DNA of 64,000 bases from Candidatus Sumerlaeaceae bacterium. GTDB taxonomy: Bacteria > Sumerlaeota > Sumerlaeia > Sumerlaeales > Sumerlaeaceae. A program made the position numbers and the translations under genes. This document shows positions 10,349-19,921 of the stretch, piece after piece (the first letter of the stretch is position 1; each line of letters begins with the position of its first letter). The stretch is taken from contig JBMFRB010000003.1 in NCBI GenBank assembly GCA_049968255.1, positions 320,998 to 384,997 on the forward strand. The letters are read 5' to 3'. The notes beneath the pieces are model-generated. The model made no database searches, was not told where the DNA came from, and saw only the letters and a list, made by a program, of their open reading frames with translations.

Positions 10349-11290
10349 ATGAAGGCGCCGCAGTGGTGGAAATCTCTGAAACGCCACCGCAATGCGTACC
10401 TGTTCATTGCACCTTTTTATGTCCTGTTTCTCGTCTTCATGGTTTTTCCTATCGCTTTTTCGTTCTGGCTAAGTTTCCATAAGTGGAACGGCATCATGCC
10501 TGCCGTTTACGTCGGGTGGGCCAACTATGCGTGGCTGTTTCGCGATCACCTGTTTTGGCGCGCCCTTGCAAACACCTTCGTTTTCAGCCTTTTCACCGTT
10601 GTTGTGTCGTCGGCTATGGCCATCACTCTTGCCGTGTTTCTCAATGCCGTGCACCTATTTCGCCACTTTTTTCGGGGCGTCTACTTCCTGCCGGCGATAG
10701 TCTCGCTCGTTGTGATTTCGCTCGTGTGGAAGCTCATTCTCAACAGCGAGGTTGGGCTCATCGTCGAAATGATCCATCGCGCTGGGGCGTGGTGGGCAAG
10801 CCTCACTGGATCAGTGCCTGCGTGGGTGCAGAAAACCTATCGCTTTTTGGATCACCCGAATCCGTGGGTTCCACTGCTGACCATCGCGTTCGTCAACGTT
10901 TGGGGTGTCGTCGGCTACAACACAGTCATCTACCTCGCTGCCCTTCAGAGCATCCCGCTCAATCTCTATGAAGCCTGCCGCATCGACGGCGCCAGCGCCA
11001 TTCAGCGATTCTTTTTCATTACACTGCCTTTGCTGCGCCCCACGATTTATTTTGTGGTGCTCATTACGACCATTGATTCGCTTCAGGTCTTTGTGCTACC
11101 GAGCTTGATGACCCCGAACAACGAGGCCACAATTTCGCTCGTTTACTATCTCTTCCGCAATGCATTCGAGTTCTACCGGATGGGCTTTGCGTCGGCCACG
11201 GCCTATGTGCTCTTCGCGCTCACTGCCATCTTGGGGATCATCATTCGCTTGACGTTGGGAAGCGAGACAAAGTGGGCGCCCGAGGAATAG
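10349..11290 (+). CDS. Carbohydrate ABC transporter permease (MalF/UgpA-like)
   Basis: YLFIAP, EAA-like loop LYEACRIDGASAIQRFFFITLPLLRP, about six TM helices. Confidence 0.88.
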   Translation: MKAPQWWKSLKRHRNAYLFIAPFYVLFLVFMVFPIAFSFWLSFHKWNGIMPAVYVGWANYAWLFRDHLFWRALANTFVFSLFTVVVSSAMAITLAVFLNAVHLFRHFFRGVYFLPAIVSLVVISLVWKLILNSEVGLIVEMIHRAGAWWASLTGSVPAWVQKTYRFLDHPNPWVPLLTIAFVNVWGVVGYNTVIYLAALQSIPLNLYEACRIDGASAIQRFFFITLPLLRPTIYFVVLITTIDSLQVFVLPSLMTPNNEATISLVYYLFRNAFEFYRMGFASATAYVLFALTAILGIIIRLTLGSETKWAPEE

Positions 11291-11388
11291 AGGTGCAGCT
11301 CTTTTTGGCCTGAGCCGCACCGATGCAACTCTTTGCGCAGCTACGGCCTTTCGAAGCCATCTTGGTCGCGCAGCGCCGACTTATGGCA

Positions 11389-11745
11389 CTAGCCCGGGCT
11401 CTCTTTGCTCTTAGCGCGGCTATTCTCCAAATAGAAGACGAGGTTATGGCAGCCAAGCCCGTAGAAAACGCTAAGCCGCCCGCTTACGCCCTCGATCTCA
11501 AACGTGGTCTCTACATTTCCCTTTTCGTTCATGAACTGTTGCTCGGAGGGTGTGAGCAGCTTTTCCACCATTGCGGCGGTCTCGTGGAACGTCAGAGGGC
11601 GTGAATCGACAGGGGGCTGCAGCTCGCGGCCGATGCGCATCACCGGAGGTTTGCCCACAAGATACAACACAGTCGAGGCGCCGCACTGGGCGGCTAGGCG
11701 CAAAACTTCCGCAAGGCTCATGCGTTGGCTCGCTGCTTCGCTCAT
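11389..11745 (-). CDS. Stand-alone PilT/PilU N-terminal domain protein (no ATPase domain)
   Basis: LRLAAQCGAS..VGKPPVMRIGREL..LLTPSEQQFMNEKGNVETTFEIEG..RLSVF resembles the PilT N-terminus; stops before any Walker A. Confidence 0.65.
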   Translation of the reverse strand: MSEAASQRMSLAEVLRLAAQCGASTVLYLVGKPPVMRIGRELQPPVDSRPLTFHETAAMVEKLLTPSEQQFMNEKGNVETTFEIEGVSGRLSVFYGLGCHNLVFYLENSRAKSKESPG

Positions 11746-12129
11746 GGTTCTCGGCGCTCGTGAAGTCGTGCGCTGAGTATAAACAGCAAAAGCGCGGGAC
11801 GTGTGTGACTCAGGCCTGAATGACCCAAGCTAAGCCCACACGGACCGAGGACAATCGTCCGTTTGCCGGTCGCGGTGAAGCCGGATAGTAATTGCTGCCC
11901 GATCCACCATCGTCCCGCGCATAAAGTTTTTACATCCACGCAGCCGCTTCAATCGCTTGAAAAATGTCTTCAGGGCCGCATCCGGCGAAATCTTCGTTTT
12001 TTTCATTGCGCAGTTTTTGTCACGCGACTGTAAAAAGACATGTTCGGCTTTCAATAACCCGAGGGCAAGCACCCTTTCTCGTGTAAGGCCAAGCAAGACT
12101 CTCGATAAAGCCGAACATCATCTCACGAC

Positions 12130-13419
12130 GTGAGGGTTGGCAACGTGGCCGTCTTAACGAGTCGCGAACACCGATTGTCGGCGCGTGCGCGCCGCACAAA
12201 AGAACCACAAATCTCTTGGCTTCTCAAAAAACCTTTGGAGAACCCAAGCATCATTTCCCTAGCAGCGGGACTGGTGGATCAACAAACCTTGCCAGCGCAG
12301 ATCATTCATCGGCTCGTCACCGAGCTTTTCGCCGATGAGGATGCTGCTAAGCGTGCTCTGCAGTATGGCACCACCGAAGGCGAAGCCAACCTCCGTAAGC
12401 TGCTTGCAGCCCGGTTAGCAAGCGCTGGGTTACCGGCCCCTATTGATCCCGAGAACATCGTTCTTACCAATGGTAGCCAGCAGCTGCTATTCTTGGCAAC
12501 GGACGTCCTTGTTGACCCTGGCGATATCGTGCTAGTCGAGGATCCCACCTATTTTGTTTACATGGGCGTTCTTGATGCTGTGGGAGCACGCACGATCGGC
12601 ATTACGACCGACGACGAGGGCATCATCCCCGAGGCGCTTGAAGAAACCCTTCAGCGGCTTGCCGCCACGGGGGAGCTGCCCCGCGTCAAGATCCTCTATG
12701 TGATGACCTACTTCCAAAACCCAAAAGGGTCCAGTCACTCTCGGAGGCGGCGCGAGCAGATCTATGAAATCATCGAGCGCTTTAGCTCCGAGGAACATTT
12801 CATCTATATCATCGAGGATGCTGCCTATTATGAACTGAAATTCGAAGGCGAGGATGTGCCATTCCTCAAGACCCTCGATGCTCAGAACGAGCGCGTGCTT
12901 TTGGCCATGACCTTCTCGAAGGCCTTCGCTCCCGGATTGCGCTTGGGCTACGGCTACCTGCCGACCGAGCTAACGCCGCACATTCTCAACCAGAAGGGCA
13001 ACCACGATTTCGGCAGTAGCAATCTGGCCCAGAATCTCGTTTATCATGCACTCAAAACCGGTGTTTTCGACAGCCACAGTGCAATGCTCCGCGAACGCTA
13101 TCGACGCAAGCGCGATATCATGCTCGACGTCCTGCGTACGAAATTCCCGCCCGAGGTCAAATTCCTCGAACCAAAAGGTGGCCTCTACGTTTGGGTGACG
13201 TTACCGGAAGGAGTCTCAACGGCGCCCGGGAGCCGTTTCTTCGAGGAGGCGCTCGCACGGCAAGTTATCTACGTCCCAGGGTGCTATTGCTACGCCCAGG
13301 AAGAAGGGCGCACGAAGCCAGAAAATCAACTTCGCCTTTGCTACGCCTACATCGAGGAGCAGCCCATGCGGGAAGGGCTTCAGCGTCTCGCAGCGGCGTG
13401 CAAGGCCGCCCTTGGTTAG
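12130..13419 (+). CDS. PLP-dependent class I/II aminotransferase (LysN/MocR-AAT-like)
   Basis: ISLAAG, ALQYGTTEG, TNGSQQ, FQNPKG, EDAAY, TFSKAFAPGLRLGY (PLP lysine); start uncertain. Confidence 0.88.
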   Translation: MRVGNVAVLTSREHRLSARARRTKEPQISWLLKKPLENPSIISLAAGLVDQQTLPAQIIHRLVTELFADEDAAKRALQYGTTEGEANLRKLLAARLASAGLPAPIDPENIVLTNGSQQLLFLATDVLVDPGDIVLVEDPTYFVYMGVLDAVGARTIGITTDDEGIIPEALEETLQRLAATGELPRVKILYVMTYFQNPKGSSHSRRRREQIYEIIERFSSEEHFIYIIEDAAYYELKFEGEDVPFLKTLDAQNERVLLAMTFSKAFAPGLRLGYGYLPTELTPHILNQKGNHDFGSSNLAQNLVYHALKTGVFDSHSAMLRERYRRKRDIMLDVLRTKFPPEVKFLEPKGGLYVWVTLPEGVSTAPGSRFFEEALARQVIYVPGCYCYAQEEGRTKPENQLRLCYAYIEEQPMREGLQRLAAACKAALG

Positions 13420-13477
13420 TGAGCCCCAGCGCGGGGCATTCAGCGGTGAGCGCGGCCATTGAATCTTTGATGACGCG

Positions 13478-14269
13478 ATGGCTAAGGACGCGGCGATGAT
13501 AAAATGTCTACTTTCTCGCAAAAGCTTGCAAATCGTGATTCCACTGCGACGCTTTCGCCTGAGGACAGTGTTTAGCTTGTTTGCATTTTGCTCCACGCTG
13601 CCCCTGGCTGCAGCTCCGACCACGGCATCGCTGTGGGGGAGAGTGAGTTATTTGGGCCAGCGGCCGCAACTGGAGCTTATCGAGATGCGGGGCGACTCCT
13701 ACTGCTCTGCCCGTCAGCGCGAAGCTCGTCATTCGCGCCAAGACTTGCTCGTCAACGAACAGGGTGGGGTGGCCAATGCGCTGGTGTACGTCAAGGACGG
13801 TCCAATTGTCCGTCGCGCAGATCCGCAGCGCAAAATGGTTGAGCTTGCTATGCGCGACTGCCTATTTTTCCCTCGAGTTCTTGGCGTGCAATGTGGCCAG
13901 AAAATCGCTCTTCGCAACGATGATCGCACGCTCCACACGGTGTATGCCCGGGCCAAGGCGAATCCCAAATTCATCCATCCGTTGCGCGGCCCCGACGATC
14001 CACCGTTTGAATTTTCGTTCAGTGCACCAGAGTTGCCGGTCTACTTGCGCTGCGATGTTCAGCCCTGGATGATTGCCTACGTTGGCGTTTTCGATCACCC
14101 CTACTTTTCCGTCACCGCTATTGATGGGACATTCGAGCTCGTGAACTTGCCGCCTGGGAACTATACCATTGGCGTATGGCATGAAAAATTAGGGACGCTG
14201 ACGGAACACATCGAGCTAAAGGCTGGCGAGCGACGCGCCTTAGAGCTGCATTTCGCTGGCACGCGCTAA
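13478..14269 (+). CDS. Exported cupredoxin-like / carboxypeptidase-regulatory-like domain protein
   Basis: Signal-like hydrophobic segment, GVANALVYV, C.FFPRV, LHTV, CDVQPWM, HPYFSVT, LPPGNYTIGVWHEKLG; start uncertain. Confidence 0.65.
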   Translation: MAKDAAMIKCLLSRKSLQIVIPLRRFRLRTVFSLFAFCSTLPLAAAPTTASLWGRVSYLGQRPQLELIEMRGDSYCSARQREARHSRQDLLVNEQGGVANALVYVKDGPIVRRADPQRKMVELAMRDCLFFPRVLGVQCGQKIALRNDDRTLHTVYARAKANPKFIHPLRGPDDPPFEFSFSAPELPVYLRCDVQPWMIAYVGVFDHPYFSVTAIDGTFELVNLPPGNYTIGVWHEKLGTLTEHIELKAGERRALELHFAGTR

Positions 14270-14278
14270 TTTGTGTGC

Positions 14279-15718
14279 TCACAGTCCCCCATTGTCGCTG
14301 CGGTGCGGCAAACGAATGCCCAGACGCTCGAATTTTTCATAAAGATGACGACGCGACAAACCGCTGAGCCGTGCCGCTTCGGACACGTTTCCGCCCGTAG
14401 CCTCAATGAGATGATGCAAGTAAGCCCGCTCGAATTCCTCCCGCGCCTTGCGATAATCAAGAGCCGCAAACGGCAGAGTCTGCCCACTCTTTGCTCCATG
14501 TGCCACGGAGGGCGTGTTGCGAACGTCGCTGGGGAGATCGGCTAAAGCGATTTCGTCACCGTCGCCCAAAATGAGCAGCCGTTCGATTAGATTCTCCAAT
14601 TCGCGCACATTCCCCGGAAACGGATATTTCTTCAGTGCATCTAGTGCCGCGGGGGAAAACCGCGGCACGGACCGATTCAGTTTGCGCGCTGCTTTTGCAG
14701 CGAAATGCGCCACCAGCAAAGGGATGTCACCAATGCGCTCGCGTAGCGGCGGCAGATGCAACGAGATCACATTGAGCCGATAATACAAGTCTTGCCGGAA
14801 GACCCGGTCGCGAATCGCGGCTTCGAGATCGCGATTTGTGGCGGCAATCAGCCGTACATCTACCTTGATGGGGCGCAGGCCACCCACGCGCTGCACTTCT
14901 TTTTCCTGGAGCATACGCAGAACCTTTGCCTGCAGCGGCATGGGAAGATCGCCGATTTCGTCCAGAAATAGCGTGCCCCCATTGGCCACTTCTACGAGTC
15001 CCATTTTAGGACGGTCAGCCCCCGTAAATGCCCCCTTTTCGTATCCGAACAACTCACTCTCCAAAAGAGTTTCGGGGATCGAGGCACAATTGATCGCCAC
15101 AAAGGGAGCGTCGGCACGCCGCGAATGCCGATGAATGGCGCGCGCCACAAGCTCCTTGCCCGTGCCGCTTTCCCCACGCAAGAGCACCGCCGCATCGGTG
15201 GGAGCAATTTTGGCAATAAGAGCACGCAGTTCGCACATCGGTGCGCTCTCACCCACAAGCTCCGCAGGCTCAAACGGCCGCGCCAGTGTGCGCGTGAGGG
15301 CCTCATTTTTCTCCCGCAAACGCGTTCGTTCCGCCGCACGCTCCACAATGAGCAGCAGCTCCTCGAGCTTGAACGGTTTGGTAATGTAATCGTACGCGCC
15401 CTCCCGCATCGCCTCGATTGCGCTTTCGATGGTGCCGTAGGCCGTCATCAGAATAACGTTCGTTGCTGGGCTCAAACGACGCACCGCCCGCAGCAGGTCC
15501 ATGCCACTGAGCTCCGGCATTTTCAGGTCAGAGATGACGATGTCGGTAGGCGAATTCTGGAGCCAAGAAAGTGCTTCGTTGGGGCGCGTAAATGTTTGGA
15601 CACTGTAGCCTTCCTGCGTCAGAACCTTGCGCAGGATCGTGCACATCCCTTCTTCGTCGTCCACGACGAGAATCTGTGCTCCTCGCGTTCTCTCTGGTTG
15701 CTCGTGGGGCGTAATCAT
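14279..15718 (-). CDS. Sigma-54-dependent response regulator (NtrC/AtoC/ZraR family)
   Basis: Receiver ILVVDDE..DLKMP, Walker A GESGTGKE, GAFTGA, FLDEIG, PGNVREL, C-terminal Fis-type HTH. Confidence 0.93.
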   Translation of the reverse strand: MITPHEQPERTRGAQILVVDDEEGMCTILRKVLTQEGYSVQTFTRPNEALSWLQNSPTDIVISDLKMPELSGMDLLRAVRRLSPATNVILMTAYGTIESAIEAMREGAYDYITKPFKLEELLLIVERAAERTRLREKNEALTRTLARPFEPAELVGESAPMCELRALIAKIAPTDAAVLLRGESGTGKELVARAIHRHSRRADAPFVAINCASIPETLLESELFGYEKGAFTGADRPKMGLVEVANGGTLFLDEIGDLPMPLQAKVLRMLQEKEVQRVGGLRPIKVDVRLIAATNRDLEAAIRDRVFRQDLYYRLNVISLHLPPLRERIGDIPLLVAHFAAKAARKLNRSVPRFSPAALDALKKYPFPGNVRELENLIERLLILGDGDEIALADLPSDVRNTPSVAHGAKSGQTLPFAALDYRKAREEFERAYLHHLIEATGGNVSEAARLSGLSRRHLYEKFERLGIRLPHRSDNGGL

Positions 15719-15770
15719 CGAGCATTCACTATCCCGTGCTGACCAGATCGCGTCAAGGCCGGCTTCGCGC

Positions 15771-16421
15771 TCAAAGGCCTAGGTCCTTGTGAATCATTGG
15801 CACGAATCTCACAGGCCCCAAGCGCCGATGCACATAGCGCCCCGGTTCCTCATGCGTGATTTGCAAGAGTTCCTGCACATCCCCACCGACAGGCACCACC
15901 ATGATTCCGCCCACTTCGAGTTGATCGAGCAGAGTTTCAGGAACATGCTCGGGCGCCGCCGTCACAATGATTTTGTCGAACGGCGCTTTTTCGGGCAGGC
16001 CGAGCCAGCCGTCGCGTACCAGAATGTGCACATTGCGCAGCCCCAGCTGATCGAGGCGGTGGCGAGCCGCTTGCGCAAGCTCCGGCACAATTTCCAGCGA
16101 CCACACCTCTTTGACGAGATGCGCGAGGATGGCCGTCTGATAGCCAGTGCCACAGCCCACCTCGAGCACGCGGTCCGTAGGTGCGGGATGCAGCTCCTGG
16201 GTCATGAGCGCCACAATGTAGGGTTGCGAAATGGTCTGGCCGTGTCCCACGGGCAGCGGCCCATCCGTGTAGGCCTGGTGACGCAACTCCGGCGGCACGA
16301 AGAGTGCACGGTCCACTTGCCGCATCGCATTGATCACGAACATATCCGTGATCCCACGCGGCACAATCTGTGTCTCAATCATCTCATCGTTTGTCAGCGC
16401 TGTGCCCCATTGCACGTCCAT
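15771..16421 (-). CDS. pcm: Protein-L-isoaspartate O-methyltransferase
   Basis: GQTISQPYIVA, VLEVGCGTGYQTA, APFDKIIVTAA, VRFVPM. Confidence 0.93.
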   Translation of the reverse strand: MDVQWGTALTNDEMIETQIVPRGITDMFVINAMRQVDRALFVPPELRHQAYTDGPLPVGHGQTISQPYIVALMTQELHPAPTDRVLEVGCGTGYQTAILAHLVKEVWSLEIVPELAQAARHRLDQLGLRNVHILVRDGWLGLPEKAPFDKIIVTAAPEHVPETLLDQLEVGGIMVVPVGGDVQELLQITHEEPGRYVHRRLGPVRFVPMIHKDLGL

Positions 16422-16616
16422 GCCCCTACTTTACACCATCTGTCCTCTCTTTTGCCAAATGGAAACGTGAGGCCTCGAGACGGCTCCTCCTGCCGGGCTT
16501 GCACCGAAAATTCGGCCATCACCGCAGAGAGGTGCGAAACAGAGTGTTCGATTTGTGCGATGCCTCTCCCGAAGAACATCTTCGTGACGCTTGCTGGGGC
16601 ACAAACGGGGGCGGCG

Positions 16617-17162
16617 TTAGAACTCTATCCCTCGCCGAGCCGCAACACCTTGGTAAAAATAGTGCTTTACAAGCTGGACCTCCGACACCAGGTCCGCAGC
16701 CTCGATGAGTTCCGGAAAAGCCCCACGGCCCGTAAGAACAAGATCGCACGTCGGATGTGCGCGGAACTCTTTTACCAGACTCATCAGTTCTCCTGGTGCC
16801 AGCAGTTTTGTGGCCACGCACGTGATTGCCTCATCGCAAACCACAAGGAAATAGCGCCCCGAGTTGATCAGCTCGATGGCTTTGCGAAGCCCAGCCTGTG
16901 CCTGCTCGAAATCCCCGGCTTCGTTTTGAAAGCGAAACCGGCCGTCGGACATCATGCGCTCAAGCCCGTAAAAATAAAGCTCGATGTTGGGAATCTGACG
17001 CAAGATTGCCCGCTCGTGATAGTGTTCGTTTTTGCCCTGAAAGCCTTTATCGAACTGAAGAATTGCCACACGTTCGCCAGCACCTGCTGCGCGAATCGAC
17101 AGGCCAATGGCGGCCGTTGTTTTGCCTTTGCCATTGCCGGTGTAGACGTGAAGATATCCCAA
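16617..17162 (-). CDS. cobO: Cob(I)alamin/corrinoid adenosyltransferase (CobO/BtuR/CobA type)
   Basis: HVYTGNGKGKTTAAIG, QFDKG, DE motif, VLTGRGA, ADLVSE, ARRGIEF. Confidence 0.9.
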   Translation of the reverse strand: MGYLHVYTGNGKGKTTAAIGLSIRAAGAGERVAILQFDKGFQGKNEHYHERAILRQIPNIELYFYGLERMMSDGRFRFQNEAGDFEQAQAGLRKAIELINSGRYFLVVCDEAITCVATKLLAPGELMSLVKEFRAHPTCDLVLTGRGAFPELIEAADLVSEVQLVKHYFYQGVAARRGIEF

Positions 17163-17224
17163 AGAGCTGCTCTCTCTTTCGTAATGTTCTTGTTGTAGAG
17201 TACCAGGTCGCGTCTTTGCTCATG

Positions 17225-18661
17225 CTACAATTCGATGTGCGCCCACTTTTCTCTGCGGTAGCCATAGAAAAGAATAATGCAGCGCGCCAACCAGTCCACA
17301 ATCGTGCCAAGGACCACGCCGTAAATTCCTAAGCCAAAGGGGAACGCCAACGCGTAGGTGGCCCCGATTCGCACGACCAGATTCCCAAAAAATGAGGCGA
17401 GCATTGGCGAGATGGTCTCGCCAGCGCCGCGTAGCCCGCCGCTCAACGTCATCGCGATGCCCAAGAGAGGCTGTTCGACCGCCGCAACAAGAAGTAAAGC
17501 ATACGCAAGTTCCACCACGTCAATTTCCCGGCAAAAGAACCCCAGCAAGGGGCGCCCCAAGAAAACCAGCGCTACGGCCACGAAAGACATCACCAGCACA
17601 GCCAGCGTGGTGCTTGTACGAAATACGCGACGAGCCAGCGACACATCGCGCATCCCGAGCGCCTGCCCTACAAGGGCTGACGATGCGATGGAAAAACCGA
17701 TCCCAGCCATAAACGAAAGTGACTCAAGCCGCGTGGCCAAAGCATGGCTGGCCAGTGCCAACGTGCCCAGGCGAGTGACGAAGCTAAAGAAGACCAGGAA
17801 ACCAATGCTGATCATGAGCTCTTCCACAAAGGACGGCAGAGAAACGCGCCAGATCGTGGCAATGATTTTTCCGTTTGGCCAAAAATGATGCAGCCGCACC
17901 TGCGGCCCATCTTTCGCCCGCACCAGGTGAATCACCACAGCCACCGCTGCCAGACACAAGGCAACGCACGTCGAGAGCCCTGAGCCGAAAAGCTTGAGCT
18001 CGGGGAAGCCCCAATGCCCATAAATAAGTAAATAATTGAATAAGATATTCGATCCATTCATCCCTAGGGCAATCCACATGGGAGTGCGGGTATTGCCGGT
18101 TGCACGCATGCTTGCGGCACCTACAAAAAATATCATGCGGGCAACACTTGCCGCCAACACAGCACGCATGTAGGGGATTCCGGCCAGCACCGCTTCCTCC
18201 GGTGTGCGGAGAGCGCGCAAAAGCTCCGGTGTCCACACAAGTCCGCCCACCGTAAGTAAGCTTCCGAGAATTACTGACAGCAGCAAGGATTGTCCGACCG
18301 CATGAGCTGCTCCTTCGCGTGAACTTGCGCCCCAGCGGCGTGCCACAAGCGCCGTCGTTCCGCGCTCGATGCATCCCAACGTCATGTGCAGGCGCCACAA
18401 AATCATGCCCGCTGCCGCAGCCGCAGCGATCGGCACACTTCCATAGTACGCGACCATGAAAGTGTCGACCATAAGCAGAAGCGTCTGCAGCAGGTTCTCC
18501 GCGACGGCCGGACCAGTGAGTCGCAAGATTGTCGAAGTGAGCGAACGAGAAGAATCGGCGAAGACACCTAGCAGCTGTCGCTCGGGCCTTTGCAAATTCG
18601 GTTCAAGGACGGTCGTACTCCCTGCAGTTGTTGTCGGTCCTTCAGTGTCGCTGTCACACAT
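17225..18661 (-). CDS. MATE family efflux transporter
   Basis: Two MATE repeats: VDTFMV, RATGNTRTPM, GQALG, LRGAGET; about 12 TM helices. Confidence 0.88.
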   Translation of the reverse strand: MCDSDTEGPTTTAGSTTVLEPNLQRPERQLLGVFADSSRSLTSTILRLTGPAVAENLLQTLLLMVDTFMVAYYGSVPIAAAAAAGMILWRLHMTLGCIERGTTALVARRWGASSREGAAHAVGQSLLLSVILGSLLTVGGLVWTPELLRALRTPEEAVLAGIPYMRAVLAASVARMIFFVGAASMRATGNTRTPMWIALGMNGSNILFNYLLIYGHWGFPELKLFGSGLSTCVALCLAAVAVVIHLVRAKDGPQVRLHHFWPNGKIIATIWRVSLPSFVEELMISIGFLVFFSFVTRLGTLALASHALATRLESLSFMAGIGFSIASSALVGQALGMRDVSLARRVFRTSTTLAVLVMSFVAVALVFLGRPLLGFFCREIDVVELAYALLLVAAVEQPLLGIAMTLSGGLRGAGETISPMLASFFGNLVVRIGATYALAFPFGLGIYGVVLGTIVDWLARCIILFYGYRREKWAHIEL

Positions 18662-18724
18662 TTGAGCTTGTCCCTTGAATCAGAACCACTTTTGTCGAAT
18701 ACGCATCATCAAAGCCTACATCAA

Positions 18725-19711
18725 ATGAGCGGTCCAACGTACATGGACAATGTCATCGAAGAAATAGCGTCGTTTTTGGCACCGGATCTTCTGCGAGTGG
18801 ACGAGCACCTGCAGGAGATTCTCGACAGCGACACTGCGCTGGTGCGCGAAGTTGGACAATATGTCCTTTCCTCGCGAGGAAAACGGCTGCGCCCAATCCT
18901 CGCAATATTGGCCGCAAAAGTCTTCAAATATGCCGGCGATGATCACACCAAAGTAGCCACCGCGCTGGAGCTTGTTCATAGTGCCACGTTGCTCCACGAC
19001 GACGTGATAGACAAGGCGCCGCTGAGGCGGGGGCGCCCAACTGTCAACGCGCGATGGGGCGACGATGTGGCCATTCTGATTGCTGACTTCCTCTTTGCCC
19101 GGGCATTCAGCCTAGCGCTCAGCACGGCGATGAGTCCGAAGGTGCTCAGCCTCATCTGCCAGGTCACGGCACGCATGTGCGAAGGCGAAATGTTCCAAAT
19201 TGAAAACAGCGACGCCATTCTCACGCGCGATGACTATCTGAGGATTATCAGGGGCAAGACGGCTTACCTGTTCAGTGCGTGCACCACATTGGGAGCAGTC
19301 CTGGCTCGGGCACCAGAGCAGCAAGTGATGTTGCTCTCCGCCTACGGTCTCAATTTCGGCATCGCGTTCCAGATTGTGGACGATACTCTGGATCTCATTG
19401 CGTCGGATGATGAGATCGGCAAGCCTCACTGGGCCGACATTCGCAACGGCAAGCTCACCCTCCCCCTCATTTACGTATTCGAATCAGCCTCCGAACGCGA
19501 CCGAAAAGAGCTCCTTGAATCCTGGCGCAACGGCCGAGACCCGGAAAGGATTGTGCCATTTATTGAAAAGTATGGCGGGATCGAATACGCTTTGGCTGAA
19601 GCACGCCGCTATGCCACGATCGCCTGCGAACAGCTGGCAGATTTCCCCGCCGTTGAGCCGGTGCGAATGCTGTGCCGCTTAGCCGATTTTATTGTCGAGC
19701 GACGAAAGTAA
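18725..19711 (+). CDS. Long-chain polyprenyl diphosphate synthase (IspB-like)
   Basis: GKRLRP, FARM LLHDDVID..RRG, GKTA, SARM FQIVDDTLD, GKLTLP. Confidence 0.9.
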   Translation: MSGPTYMDNVIEEIASFLAPDLLRVDEHLQEILDSDTALVREVGQYVLSSRGKRLRPILAILAAKVFKYAGDDHTKVATALELVHSATLLHDDVIDKAPLRRGRPTVNARWGDDVAILIADFLFARAFSLALSTAMSPKVLSLICQVTARMCEGEMFQIENSDAILTRDDYLRIIRGKTAYLFSACTTLGAVLARAPEQQVMLLSAYGLNFGIAFQIVDDTLDLIASDDEIGKPHWADIRNGKLTLPLIYVFESASERDRKELLESWRNGRDPERIVPFIEKYGGIEYALAEARRYATIACEQLADFPAVEPVRMLCRLADFIVERRK

Positions 19712-19921
19712 TCGCCCTGCGACGCGCTTGCTCAAGCCGACGCGACTGTTGCGTACCGTGCGTCTGTGAGCGTCGGTTCCCCCACATAAAAAAGTATCCC
19801 CTCCGCCTTATCACGAGATCAATCCTGCCGTGCGTTTTTCCAGCTTTATGCGCCATCATCGCCGTGCTTCCGCAGAGCAATGCTGGGGTGCCCTGCACGT
19901 GTGGGTCATTGCAATCCACTC

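Noticed and set aside
11830-12096. Basic 58-88-aa minus-strand ORF upstream of the PilT-N gene
   Set aside because: No clear SD or family resemblance and lies in a probable divergent promoter region; unsupported though not excluded
15789-17198. 469-aa plus-strand ORF
   Set aside because: Antisense shadow of pcm and cobO; no recognisable motifs
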